A program made the translations under genes and the position numbers. Positions 8,435 through 17,877 of a stretch of 64,000 bases of DNA are shown here, one piece after another. Position 1 is the stretch's first letter, and each line of letters opens with the position of its first letter. Source of the stretch: Candidatus Latescibacterota bacterium (GTDB lineage Bacteria > Latescibacterota > UBA2968 > GCA-2709665); the NCBI GenBank assembly GCA_965222075.1, contig OZ244937.1, positions 864,001 to 928,000 on the forward strand, in the 5' to 3' direction. The notes beneath the pieces are model-generated. The model was not told where the DNA came from and made no database searches. It saw only the letters and a list, made by a program, of their open reading frames with translations.

Positions 8435-9856
8435 TTATTGGTCGTCTTCGTCGTCAAATTGGTCTTCAGATTCCGTTTCATCCAGGTCGCTGTCGGGATC
8501 ACCTAGAGCGTCGGCCTCTATTTCGTCTTCTACATGGTCTTCTTCAGCTGTCGAAACTGGGGGATCGTTGGCAATGGACAGGGGGACATCAAAGCTCATC
8601 GGACGGGCGGCTATTGTCGCCGCGGCGTCACCGCCAAGGGATAGGGAGAATTCCTCTTTGCCGTTCGCTAGGGCAGCTACAAAAGCACGAAGCAGGTCGC
8701 GCCAACGATCATTCCACCAATTCTTGCAGAAACTCTTTCGTAGGCGATCAGCGCGAGATTTGCTATCAAGCGGCGTCTTGCCATCTTGGGTGAAGACGAC
8801 GTGAGTGTGCAATGTAAGGTGCTGTGGGTCTGCGATACTCACCTTGCCTGATACAGCAAAGTGCCAATAGACGCCTCTTGTCTCGCTTCGGCCAACCAAC
8901 CGGCGTCGTCGTTTCTTGCCGTTCTCATCTTGAAAGGTGGCAATATTTCCTTCGATTAGATCAAGGGGGATGAACCACGCGCTTCCGTGTGCAAATTCAT
9001 AAAGCAATAGGCCCTGACTCCGTGCGAATTGTTCCCATGCATGGCGGAGAAGTCCGGTTACCATGTTTCGAGCATCTCGCCACGAGATTTGCGGACCGTC
9101 GGTCTTATGACCATTGAGGAATCGTGCCAGTGGAACACGATAAGCGTGATCAAGTGGAATATCGGGAGTCTCCATTTGAAGCGTAGCTGCATCAGCAAAG
9201 CTGACGGCCAGCCGCAGATACGGGGCTGCGGGACTTTGGAATTCATTGAAAGCACGCCCCATGGCTTCCTGTGACGCATTGAAACGGGAGAAATAGATAT
9301 GAGACGGTAGGGAGCTAATTTGGAACCAGTTAGAGAATACTGACTCCGGTGTATCAGAGATGGAGGCGCTTTGCCGCAGCTTAAACTTCTGCCAAGCAGC
9401 CAAAGCTTCTCCAAAATCGCTAGTTGATTGCGGAACTTGGGTGTCTTTGAGAGTCGTCAGAAGCTTGCTGAGTCCGTCCGCCCAGTTGGGTGAGAAGTCG
9501 ATTGCGGTTAGACGGATCAACTGTTCGGGAAAGTCCGAAAACGGAAGGTCATCAAGGCGGACGGGTATGACGAATTGTTGTTTCTTGAGCTTGCGACCTG
9601 TGTTTACAGCAAGGGCAATTTCGTCAAGAACGCCGTCTTTCTGATAAGACGCGCAGGATAAGGCAACAATAACAACGGCGGCTTCTTCTTTAATCGTATC
9701 ACCAATATCTCGCCAGAATGTCTCGCCGCCGAGCAGATTGAGCACATCTGCCCATACTTCATAGCCAGCGGCGGCCAATCGAGTTCCTAACCAAGAAGCA
9801 AACTCGTTGTCCTCGGGATTGGCGTGACTGATGAAGACAAGGCGGCGTTCTTTCAT
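8435..9856 (-). CDS. TIR-APAZ effector (NADase) of a SPARTA system
   Basis: VFISHANPED...WL...GYEVWADV...GG.FW...GVLDEIA (putative catalytic E79); APAZ-like YWHFAVS...F..DG...R...CKNWWNDRWRD; long acidic C-tail; 11 nt upstream of ago. Confidence 0.93.
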   Translation of the reverse strand: MKERRLVFISHANPEDNEFASWLGTRLAAAGYEVWADVLNLLGGETFWRDIGDTIKEEAAVVIVALSCASYQKDGVLDEIALAVNTGRKLKKQQFVIPVRLDDLPFSDFPEQLIRLTAIDFSPNWADGLSKLLTTLKDTQVPQSTSDFGEALAAWQKFKLRQSASISDTPESVFSNWFQISSLPSHIYFSRFNASQEAMGRAFNEFQSPAAPYLRLAVSFADAATLQMETPDIPLDHAYRVPLARFLNGHKTDGPQISWRDARNMVTGLLRHAWEQFARSQGLLLYEFAHGSAWFIPLDLIEGNIATFQDENGKKRRRRLVGRSETRGVYWHFAVSGKVSIADPQHLTLHTHVVFTQDGKTPLDSKSRADRLRKSFCKNWWNDRWRDLLRAFVAALANGKEEFSLSLGGDAAATIAARPMSFDVPLSIANDPPVSTAEEDHVEDEIEADALGDPDSDLDETESEDQFDDEDDQ

Positions 9857-10075
9857 ACGGTGCTCCCTTTGAGCATTTTCTTGAGCGAGTCATACCTCTG
9901 CAAAGATGCTATGCCGAGGTCGGTCTCTGTTTAGTCGTCAATAAGTTGGTGGAATTCCGCGGTGTACGAAGCGAAGCTGCGTTGCGAAGAATCCCCGGTA
10001 CCTGATTTTCGGCATTATCGTACAGCCAAAAAAACCCAGATTTCTCTATTGGCTCAGAAAGTCGCATGGTAAATT

Positions 10076-11209
10076 TTACTCAACGAGTGCCTCTCGGTGT
10101 GCCTTGTGAGATTCCTCGTAAAAGGTCATTACGTCCAAATCTGGAATTTCTTCTGGCGCAAAGTACCACTTTGCAATGAGCTTGTCGCCATCCACGGCTC
10201 GCACTTTAAGGTCAAAGACCACCTCTTGGCCTGGGTATGTGAGCGCAAGTTTATCGCGCACTTGCTTCAGATCTGCCGGGAAAGCAGCACCATGTTTGGG
10301 CGCAGTGAGTTTGACATGCACGAAACGCGGCACCTGTTGATTGAAGGTCTTTAGCCCGTGTACAGGCGCGAGGACGTCGAGGTAGTGGCGAATCATTCTG
10401 TCTTTGTAATCGTTGACGACAATCTCGTCTACCAAAGCACGAACGAGCAGGCGCACGAAACGCATCAGATAGTCGATCTGTTTACTGCTCAAGGTCAGGC
10501 TGGTGCTCTGCTCGGAACTTGAGAGGGTCAATGTGTCTTTGGATACAGAGAAGCTGTTTTTATGTACAACCTCATGGCGATACGGCAGCAGTTGACAAAA
10601 GAGCGCCTTGGCATAGGTGTAAAGGTAAGGTTGGCTCTCGAAGAGAGGCGGAAGTTGGAGATGGGATTCTTTCTTCAGCAGCTTCACCTTCTCCTGAAAA
10701 TGCCAGGGGACCTTTGGGATGTTCCCCAATCTGCAATTCTCTTCAAAGATCCACTCGAAGATCATATCCAGCGCTTTGAAGGAAGCAATAAAAGTGAGGG
10801 GCATCATGGCATTCATGAGCGCTGGATCATGGGAAAGGCAATCTTCAAGGTTCATCTGTAAGTTGCCGGGCTCAACACCGCTCGTGATCCTGAGCACTGG
10901 GGAGGGGTCGTTGCCCTGGACCATATCATAACGCTTTTCCAGAAAATCGAGAAACCAGACCTCGTAATCCAGTTTGGTCCGAAGCGCTGTATTTTGGGCG
11001 TCAGCCATTTCCTTAGCTTCCAGTTTTGATCTGGTCTCTTCAAAACGTTTTACGACCTCTGGCGCGTAAAGGCGTTCGCCACAACGGAGACAAACTTCCG
11101 CTTGAATTTTCACGATCTCAGTGTGATTGCCACCTCGTAAAACCTTCTCGAGTTCCCTTTCAACAATCTCGCCACCACACACCGGACATTTGTCAAACGA
11201 TACCATCAC
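10076..11209 (-). CDS. YgiT/MqsA-type zinc finger fused to a ~310-aa HEPN-like domain
   Basis: CPVCGG...VCLRCGERLY N-terminus; downstream helical region with FQEK and YRHEVVH (Rx4H). Confidence 0.65.
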   Translation of the reverse strand: MMVSFDKCPVCGGEIVERELEKVLRGGNHTEIVKIQAEVCLRCGERLYAPEVVKRFEETRSKLEAKEMADAQNTALRTKLDYEVWFLDFLEKRYDMVQGNDPSPVLRITSGVEPGNLQMNLEDCLSHDPALMNAMMPLTFIASFKALDMIFEWIFEENCRLGNIPKVPWHFQEKVKLLKKESHLQLPPLFESQPYLYTYAKALFCQLLPYRHEVVHKNSFSVSKDTLTLSSSEQSTSLTLSSKQIDYLMRFVRLLVRALVDEIVVNDYKDRMIRHYLDVLAPVHGLKTFNQQVPRFVHVKLTAPKHGAAFPADLKQVRDKLALTYPGQEVVFDLKVRAVDGDKLIAKWYFAPEEIPDLDVMTFYEESHKAHREALVE

Positions 11210-11520
11210 TATGTCCTCCTCTCACGCCAATTGATCCAACGTGTTGGATCTGGGCGATAAACGGTAATCAAGATTGCCTGTTGATTCTTCTCATTGTAGG
11301 CCCAAACGCTGTGGATTGGCTCGCCATCTACATTTGTTCCATATATCAGGCAACTTGGGTATGGTTGATCTCTTGGATAATCTTCGATAATTTCGCCATT
11401 GCATAAGGAGTAGAGTATTTCTTCAAAATCCAGTCGATCATCCTGGGCTTCTTCATCTGCATGATTGGTGATGTGGTAATTTTGAGACTCTATAGCTCGG
11501 ATGATGTTTCGGATATCCAT
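11209..11520 (-). CDS. DUF4258 family protein (RelE-like putative toxin)
   Basis: ITNHADEE...GEIIEDYP...PSCLIYG...PIHSVW...ITVYRPDP..W; stop codon overlaps the start of the zinc-finger gene. Confidence 0.85.
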   Translation of the reverse strand: MDIRNIIRAIESQNYHITNHADEEAQDDRLDFEEILYSLCNGEIIEDYPRDQPYPSCLIYGTNVDGEPIHSVWAYNEKNQQAILITVYRPDPTRWINWRERRT

Positions 11521-11592
11521 CCATGTGTCTCCATAAGTATTGAAGGCGCTCTCCAGGCACGCGGCAATGTGTCGTCCAGGCCAGGCGGTGCC

Positions 11593-12447
11593 TCAGAAGT
11601 ACCACGCCAGGCTCAACAGCAGGCTGACAGCGGCGGCGTTTACACCCGCCGGGACTCTGACGACTACGTCGTCGAACAGTGTGATCCAGCGTTCAGTGCC
11701 ATACCGGGTGTAACGCGTTTCAGCGCGAAGCACGAGGTGTTCTCCGAGCATCTTGTCCATGCCGATGCCGGCTGTCCAGGCCAGAAATTTCTGGTCGTGG
11801 CTGTCTGTTCCTGAAGTAAAGTCGGGAGTACCGTCGGCGGATGAACACGGAACCGGATCCATGCAGCCGTTGAAGCGAGTTGTGAACCGCACCTCAATGC
11901 GGCGGACGCCTGCGAGTGCGTAGAGGCTTGCGTCCCATGACCGCAGCGCGCCCGGGTTGCCGCCCAGTTTGACTGTGAAGCCGTAGCTTCTGTCTTTTTC
12001 AAACGACCAGGGGTCTGGCCAGCTTTCCCCAAGTTGATTGCGCCCCGTTGACGTCCCCATCCCTTCAAGCTGTCCCTCCACCGTGCCGCCGTGAAATGCG
12101 ATATCAACCTCGCCGCCCAGGTAAAGCCCGCTCTCAGAGAGGGGCAGGCGATAGCCGGCGCGGAGACCGATCCCATACACCGATGTGTTGGCGGAATCCT
12201 CGTCCTGAAACACCCTGCCGCGTCGTGGCTCGGGCACCCGGGTGTCCGGGGCGGTGTTGTCAACGATTTTCTGGAAGGAGGCATCGAGGTATTCCACCGG
12301 GACCGCAATGCCGATATAGAAGCCCCGGCCTTCAGCGAATGCCGCGCCTGTCCGGGCTAAGGTGCCCGGTACGGTCAGGAGTATTGCCACCGTGACAGCG
12401 CCCAACGGGTTGTGTTTCCAGCGTATGGGTTCAGTTGCCCTGTTCAT
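11593..12447 (-). CDS. outer-membrane beta-barrel protein
   Basis: signal-like N-terminus, GFYIG, alternating beta strands, C-terminal LAWYF; GGAGAG RBS before ATG 12447. Confidence 0.7.
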   Translation of the reverse strand: MNRATEPIRWKHNPLGAVTVAILLTVPGTLARTGAAFAEGRGFYIGIAVPVEYLDASFQKIVDNTAPDTRVPEPRRGRVFQDEDSANTSVYGIGLRAGYRLPLSESGLYLGGEVDIAFHGGTVEGQLEGMGTSTGRNQLGESWPDPWSFEKDRSYGFTVKLGGNPGALRSWDASLYALAGVRRIEVRFTTRFNGCMDPVPCSSADGTPDFTSGTDSHDQKFLAWTAGIGMDKMLGEHLVLRAETRYTRYGTERWITLFDDVVVRVPAGVNAAAVSLLLSLAWYF

Positions 12448-12472
12448 TATTGCCTCTCCATTCGGTTCTCGT

Positions 12473-14002
12473 TCAGGTCGTATTTTGAAGGCGATCGATG
12501 GTGTGGTGCAGGGGGCGAAGCGTGGGGTAGATCTTCCGGTAGACCTGTTGGTAATGGGTCTCATAGATGTCGATCTGATCGGAAACGGGGTCAATGGGGG
12601 TGCGGGTGTAGCGCAGCTGGCTGAGTGCGGAAGGAAGGTCGGGATAGACGCCGGCGCCCAGTCCGGCCAGGACGGCGGCCCCCAGAGCGGTGGCCTCACC
12701 TGCGTTGGCGATGGCGATGGTCCGGTTCAGGACGGTGGCTTTGATTTGCATGAGGAGCCGGTTGCGGGCGCCTCCGCCGATGGCGCAGATATCGCGCGGC
12801 GTTTCCACGCCGGGGTGGGCGAGGCGGGCCTGGAGGGAGTGGCGGGATTCACAGGCCAGGCCTTCCAGCACGGCCCGGAAGAGGACGCCGCGTTTGACGT
12901 CGGTGCTGAGGCCGATGAAGGCGCCCCGGGATTTGGGATCGACATGCGGGGGGTTGGCCAGACGGAGGTGGGGGAGAAAGCAGACGCCGAGGCTGCCGGG
13001 AGGGACCGCTTCGGCTTCGGCGATGAGGGTCGCATAGTCGGCGCCGTTCCCCAGCGTCTCTCGAAACCATTCGATACAGGCCCCGGAGGTGTACACGCCG
13101 CCCAGGATGTAGTAGCGGCCGGAGACGACGTGGGCGCCTATGGCGTAGCCCTGGCGGCCGATTTCAGGATCGGTGAGCGGATGGGACAGGGGGTTGAAGA
13201 TGGCTTCGGCGGTGCCCAGGGAGTTGAGCATGGTGCCAGGCCGGGTAACGCCGACGGCTAAGGCGCCGCAGACGTGGTCGTGGCCTCCCGTGGACACCTG
13301 GGCGGTTTCCGGAAGGCCCGTTTCCCGTGCCGGACCCTGCCGGACCGGCCCCAGGCGCGTGCCGCTTGGCAGGAGCGGCGCAAAGAGGGCTGGAGAGATT
13401 CCCACTTCTCCAAGCAGGTCATCGGCCCATTGCAGCCGCTGGAGGTCGAGCGCTAAGGTGCGGGAGGCGAGGGAGTGGTCGGTGGCCGGGACGCCGCAGA
13501 GGCGATAGGCGATGTAGTCGGCGGCGTTGAGCCAGGAGCGGGTGCGGGCGAAGGCGTCGGGCCGGTTCTTTTTGACCCAGAGGACTTTGCACAACCCGAA
13601 GATCGGCTGCAGGGGAAGGCCGGTGAGGGCGTAGAGGCGGTCTCTGCCGATTGTGCGTGCGAGCCATTCGACCTGGGGCTGCGTTCGCCGGTCGAACCAG
13701 GCGATGGCGTCACAGGTGGGCCGGCCATGCGCGTCTATGGGAACGCCCGTTTCTCCCATGCTGGCAACGGCGATGCCGGCAATACGACCCGGGTGCTCCA
13801 GCCGGTCAACGGCCTGCCGCAGCGCGGTTACGGTGCTTTGCCACAGTTCCTCCGGCCGGTAGTAGGCCCAGGCGGGCCGGGGATAGTGCGTGGGTGTGCG
13901 CACGCTGGCCTGCGCCACGGTCCGTCCCGTGGGGTCGAAGACGAGGGCCTTGATGCTGGTGGTGCCAAGGTCAACGCCGACCAGAAGCGGCTCACCGGGC
14001 AT
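12473..14002 (-). CDS. FGGY-family carbohydrate kinase (xylulokinase-like)
   Basis: VGVDLGTTSIK, WFDRR, GGHDH, SLGTA, RAVLEG, IGGGAR, ALGAA. Confidence 0.92.
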   Translation of the reverse strand: MPGEPLLVGVDLGTTSIKALVFDPTGRTVAQASVRTPTHYPRPAWAYYRPEELWQSTVTALRQAVDRLEHPGRIAGIAVASMGETGVPIDAHGRPTCDAIAWFDRRTQPQVEWLARTIGRDRLYALTGLPLQPIFGLCKVLWVKKNRPDAFARTRSWLNAADYIAYRLCGVPATDHSLASRTLALDLQRLQWADDLLGEVGISPALFAPLLPSGTRLGPVRQGPARETGLPETAQVSTGGHDHVCGALAVGVTRPGTMLNSLGTAEAIFNPLSHPLTDPEIGRQGYAIGAHVVSGRYYILGGVYTSGACIEWFRETLGNGADYATLIAEAEAVPPGSLGVCFLPHLRLANPPHVDPKSRGAFIGLSTDVKRGVLFRAVLEGLACESRHSLQARLAHPGVETPRDICAIGGGARNRLLMQIKATVLNRTIAIANAGEATALGAAVLAGLGAGVYPDLPSALSQLRYTRTPIDPVSDQIDIYETHYQQVYRKIYPTLRPLHHTIDRLQNTT

Positions 14003-14101
14003 TTTTTATTTTCCGTCCGAGATCATCGTTCACTCGACCAGCGTACACCATAGACAATGGTTTTTCTTTGCCAGGTGACAAGGGCCGCTATCGGCCTTCT
14101 A

Positions 14102-14401
14102 TCAGACCGTGTGCACCCGAACTTCTTGATCCAGTCTGTCTGCTAAGGTTTCCCGGGTCGTTTCAAGATCATACCGGATTTGTAGATTCATCCAGAATTG
14201 CGCTTCCATCCCAAAAAAGCGTCCCAATCGTAAGGCCGTATCTGCCGTGATGCCCCGCTTTCCGTGTACAATTTCATTGATGCGACGTGGCGGCACACAG
14301 ATTGCCTGAGCCAAATGATATTGACTCATCTGCATAGGCTTCAGAAAATCCTCTAACAGGATCTCACCCGGATGGATTGGCGGAAAATCACGCTTGGTCA
14401 T
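14102..14401 (-). CDS. higA: HigA antitoxin
   Basis: PIHPGEILLEDFL...RINEIVHGKRGITADTALRLGRFFG..AQFWMNLQ. Confidence 0.95.
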   Translation of the reverse strand: MTKRDFPPIHPGEILLEDFLKPMQMSQYHLAQAICVPPRRINEIVHGKRGITADTALRLGRFFGMEAQFWMNLQIRYDLETTRETLADRLDQEVRVHTV

Positions 14402-14410
14402 TGTCTCTCC

Positions 14411-14692
14411 TCAGTGGTAATCAACAATCTCGACGTCAAAGGCGTTATCGTCGCGCCACACAAAGCACACACGCCACTGATCGTTCACACGAATGCTATG
14501 CTGCCCCTGTCGATCATGGGTCAACGCTTCGAGCCGGTTGCCAGGCGGTACACGCAGAGTATCAAGGACCGTGGCGGCGTTGAGTTGCTCAAGCTTGCGT
14601 GCAGCTACTCGTTGAATATTCTGCGGCAATTTGAGGGAAAATTGGCCGCGAAAAATTTTCTCGGCTTCCTTGTCCTTAAAGGATTTGATCAT
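14411..14692 (-). CDS. higB: HigB toxin (RelE family)
   Basis: MIKSFKDKE...LRVPPGNRLEAL..DRQGQHSIRVNDQWRVCF.W...VEIVDYH. Confidence 0.95.
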   Translation of the reverse strand: MIKSFKDKEAEKIFRGQFSLKLPQNIQRVAARKLEQLNAATVLDTLRVPPGNRLEALTHDRQGQHSIRVNDQWRVCFVWRDDNAFDVEIVDYH

Positions 14693-14698
14693 GTACCA

Positions 14699-14737
14699 AA
14701 CATAACGATTCCCGTTAATAACGTCAAGCGTTATTAA
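14699..14737 (-). promoter_or_regulatory. higBA promoter (TTGACG-17-TATGTT) with an overlapping operator palindrome
   Basis: perfect inverted repeat TTAATAACG-N5-CGTTATTAA at 14715-14737 covering the -35 box. Confidence 0.75.
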
Positions 14738-14772
14738 ATAAAAGGCGAGGTGGTTGTTGAAAGGAGGGGCCA

Positions 14773-15033
14773 ATGGCGAGGTATATTCTTTTTCACACGG
14801 TTGCGTGTCTGACCCGGCAGCAGCTGCAGCGGCTTGCCGAGAACCTGGCGGGGGATCCGGAGGTGCGGCTTCTGCGGATGTGCGCCAGTACGCTGGCCGG
14901 GCGGCTGATGGCCGAGTTCGAGGCCCCGGACAGGGAAACGCTGAACGCCTGGCTGTTTGATCGGAATGTGCAGGCCGGTGAGGTTTTCCGGGTTGAACTG
15001 GAGTGGCAAGAGGGGGCGATGCACCGGTATTGA
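14773..15033 (+). CDS. small protein, DUF4242-like
   Basis: 86 aa, AGGAGG RBS, EFEAPDRE motif. Confidence 0.55.
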   Translation: MARYILFHTVACLTRQQLQRLAENLAGDPEVRLLRMCASTLAGRLMAEFEAPDRETLNAWLFDRNVQAGEVFRVELEWQEGAMHRY

Positions 15034-15058
15034 CAGTATCCGTGAAATTCCATAAGTT
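15030..15058 (+). promoter_or_regulatory. sigma70-type promoter candidate
   Basis: TTGACA-17-TAAGTT upstream of the GNAT gene. Confidence 0.45.
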
Positions 15059-15117
15059 TCCGGGAGAATTTTTGGGAATTATGAGATTTGAAGCAAAAGG
15101 CGGGAGAATATCGAGGT

Positions 15118-15675
15118 ATGGGTAATTTCGCAGGTCACAGTGTTCACCTGGAAACAGCACGCCTGAAGCTGCGGCCGTTTGAGGAGGAGGATTTTGATCT
15201 GGCGGTTCCTTTTTACAGCGATCCCGAATTTCTCAATGCAATGGAGGGGGCACCGCCTGACGAACCCGTGACACGTGAGTATCTCAAACGCGCAGGCAAG
15301 GCAATGGCGGAACAGGGATTCCTGTTTGCAGTCGTGGAAAAGGTAAGCGGACGGACCATCGGTGAGGTCTGTTTGCAGTGGATGAATCTGGAACGCGCAA
15401 AAGTTGCGGGTGAGAAGGTGATGCGCTTACCTGTTGGGATCTGGGATAAGTCGTTGTGGGGCAAGGGCTATGGAAAAGAGGTAGCGCGATGTCTGATGGC
15501 GTACGCGTTTGAGGAATTGGGCGTTAATCGGTTCTGCCCGGTGGATGTGTCTGCGGATAATGCACGTTCAATGGCGTTGTGGCAGTCGCTTGGCTTGACT
15601 GTGTCGAGAGAAGTGGACGGGGGAAAGGTGCTGGATTTCGAGATCACGCGATCAGATTATGAGCGGGCGAGGTAA
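15118..15675 (+). CDS. GNAT N-acetyltransferase (RimJ/RimL type)
   Basis: LETARLKLRPF, LWGKGYGKE, YAFEELG, NARS. Confidence 0.88.
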   Translation: MGNFAGHSVHLETARLKLRPFEEEDFDLAVPFYSDPEFLNAMEGAPPDEPVTREYLKRAGKAMAEQGFLFAVVEKVSGRTIGEVCLQWMNLERAKVAGEKVMRLPVGIWDKSLWGKGYGKEVARCLMAYAFEELGVNRFCPVDVSADNARSMALWQSLGLTVSREVDGGKVLDFEITRSDYERAR

Positions 15676-15731
15676 GGCATCGCTTGAGATAGAAGAGTAA
15701 CCCTTTTGCCCGACACGTTATGGAGGATACA

Positions 15732-16261
15732 ATGGACAAGCTGACAGTTCTGGTAGGGAAGCAAAGGGACGGCTACGTATTCAGGCTCAAGCCATCAAGT
15801 AAGTAGTGATGCAATAGTTTTTGTAAAAAACGGATAGTACTGGCCCTATGCTGAAGATTATTACATCTATAGCACAGTATTTACAAAGAGTTAAGGCGAT
15901 TTTTCGTAGGGAATTCTACTCCTGTAATCCAGTGAGAGAGTTCACAATTACTTCTGCTTGACTACTTAAGAGAGAGTTAGAGCAGGAGGGAGATTCCCGG
16001 GATACCGTATCAAGTGTTTTTATCTCCTATGACACAAAGCACGATTTCGAGCAAATCCAGGGACGGATTTGGGATCACGTGATCACATTACTTACTGGCA
16101 GGTCTTTCGAGAATTTGAATCAATCTGGCGGATTTGCCGTTGTAGACCCGGTTACGAACAAGACACTGTACGATTCGGTTGGGCAAAAGGAAGTGGCAAG
16201 GAGGCCGAGGCATGAGCGTCAACTACCAATTGTTGTTGGAGAAGGCGGCGCGGCTTTATGA
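15732..16261 (+). pseudogene. hypothetical ~120-aa gene interrupted by a MITE
   Basis: GGAGGA RBS + ATG; removing 15802-15968 restores MDKLTVLV...KPSSKRELEQ...HVITLLTG... in one frame. Confidence 0.75.
15802..15966. mobile_element. 165-bp AT-rich MITE with imperfect terminal inverted repeats and a TA target duplication (IS630/Tc1-mariner-like)
   Basis: left TA|AGTAGTGATGCAATAGTTTTTGTAA; reverse complement of right end TA|AGTAGTCAAGCAGAAGTAATTGTGA. Confidence 0.75.
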
Positions 16262-17342
16262 AAGATACGAGGCCGGACGCCGGGACCCCTTCAACGTCTT
16301 CTCGGTTCTGCGCACCGAACACGATGAGGTGAATCTTCACTCCCGGTTTCTCGCGGCGCTGCTCGACTACCGGCAGCCGTCCGATGGACACCGGGAAAAC
16401 CTGGCGGATTTCCTGTGCACAGTTGGTATACGCGACCTCAAGCATGAAGATGCAACAGTCGGACGGGAGATCGACAATGTCGATATCCTGATTCGCGACT
16501 GCTCTTCCGCGGTGGTCATCGAGAACAAGATCTGGGCCGGAGATCAACCCAAACAACTGGAGAGATATGCCAAACAACAGAAGAGGGAAGGCTATGAAAA
16601 ACCGCATTTGCTGTACCTGACACTGGACGGCCACGACCCCTCCGAAGACAGCGTGGGGGATCTCAATCTCGAATGTATTTCCCTCAAATGTATTTCCTAC
16701 AAGGACGATCTTTCCCCGTGGTTGAAAAATTGTCAGCAACGCGCATACGATGAACCCGAGTTGCGGGAGTCGGTTGCCCAATACCTGCGCTTGATTGCAA
16801 AGCTGACAGGTACGGACTTTAGTGAGGCCTATATGAGTGCTTTGAAGGAACTTTGCCTGCAAGACAATAACCTCGTTCTTGTCCATGACCTGAACAAGGC
16901 TATGGTCGAAGCAAGGGTTTGGTTATTGCACCAGTTGTGGCAAGAGATCGAGTGCGAGCTGAAGAAAATTCCGGATCTTCCTAACAAGAAGAACAGTGAC
17001 AGAGGGGGCTTCAAAGAGAATATCGAACAGTTCGTCAGAGGGCAGAAAAATTACAAATGGCGTGGCATACGCTATTCGTTTAAACCTTGTTTCACACTCG
17101 AAGTTCAGGTTGGAGACTTTATTCGCATTGGCGTCTCATGCACGAAAGAAAAGAATAAAGACGAGTACAACAAACTCCAGGAAGCACTCGAGAAAGCACT
17201 CGGGAGAGGCAAGAGTAGTGAGTGGTGGGTTTGGTTTAAAGATGACCCGTGTCCGAATCTGAAGCACCCGACCCGGGAGGACCTTGAGCTGCTGGCGAAC
17301 GATGAATCAAGGCCGCGGAAGTGGCGTCTGGTCCGTAGGTAA
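16212..17342 (+). CDS. PD-(D/E)XK nuclease family protein (PDDEXK_4-like)
   Basis: FNVFSVL...EVNLHSRFLAALL...VDILI...VIENKIWAGDQPKQLERY...LYLTLDG; extreme C-terminus may be frameshifted. Confidence 0.85.
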   Translation: MSVNYQLLLEKAARLYERYEAGRRDPFNVFSVLRTEHDEVNLHSRFLAALLDYRQPSDGHRENLADFLCTVGIRDLKHEDATVGREIDNVDILIRDCSSAVVIENKIWAGDQPKQLERYAKQQKREGYEKPHLLYLTLDGHDPSEDSVGDLNLECISLKCISYKDDLSPWLKNCQQRAYDEPELRESVAQYLRLIAKLTGTDFSEAYMSALKELCLQDNNLVLVHDLNKAMVEARVWLLHQLWQEIECELKKIPDLPNKKNSDRGGFKENIEQFVRGQKNYKWRGIRYSFKPCFTLEVQVGDFIRIGVSCTKEKNKDEYNKLQEALEKALGRGKSSEWWVWFKDDPCPNLKHPTREDLELLANDESRPRKWRLVRR

Positions 17343-17877
17343 GGTGTGGGATAGCATCCCGGCCTCGCTCCGCCGTCATCATGATCTCCTGTAGCGCCTG
17401 TTTGGAAAATAACCTTTCAGATACCCAGGTCCAGCTGTTCTTTTGTTCTTGGCCTTTTTCTTGCTCGCCCAAGAAAAAGGCCGAAAAAGAAGGGCGCCGC
17501 TCAGGCGCCGCGGGGGCTGCTTTTCCGCGAATAGCCCCTGTGGTGGAAGCGGGAGCTTCTGGCCTGCGGACCTTTGGGGCGTTCCTGGGCGATGGTGCTG
17601 GAGGGAACCGCGCGGAAAAGCCCCTTCCCCCCGCCCCGAAGGCGCGGGATCTGTCAACGCAACTATTTTCATCATCATGGGTGCCCCAAAGGGCGCATGA
17701 CAACTGATATGTCTTCGCCTGGCCCGACTTCGGCAGGTAGCTCAGGCGGATTCTGTAGAATAGCGCGGACAGGTGGTTGCGGAGGTCGAGCGATTTTGGG
17801 CAGTAGGGGCGCGTTGTGATGCGTCTCTTCGACGAGTTAACCGAATGCCTGAAGGTTGGGGCAATAAGGAGCGTTCA

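Noticed and set aside
14693-15160. Apparent 249-aa HigB fusion
   Set aside because: The extension runs through the promoter/operator and the opposite-strand gene; HigB starts at 14692.
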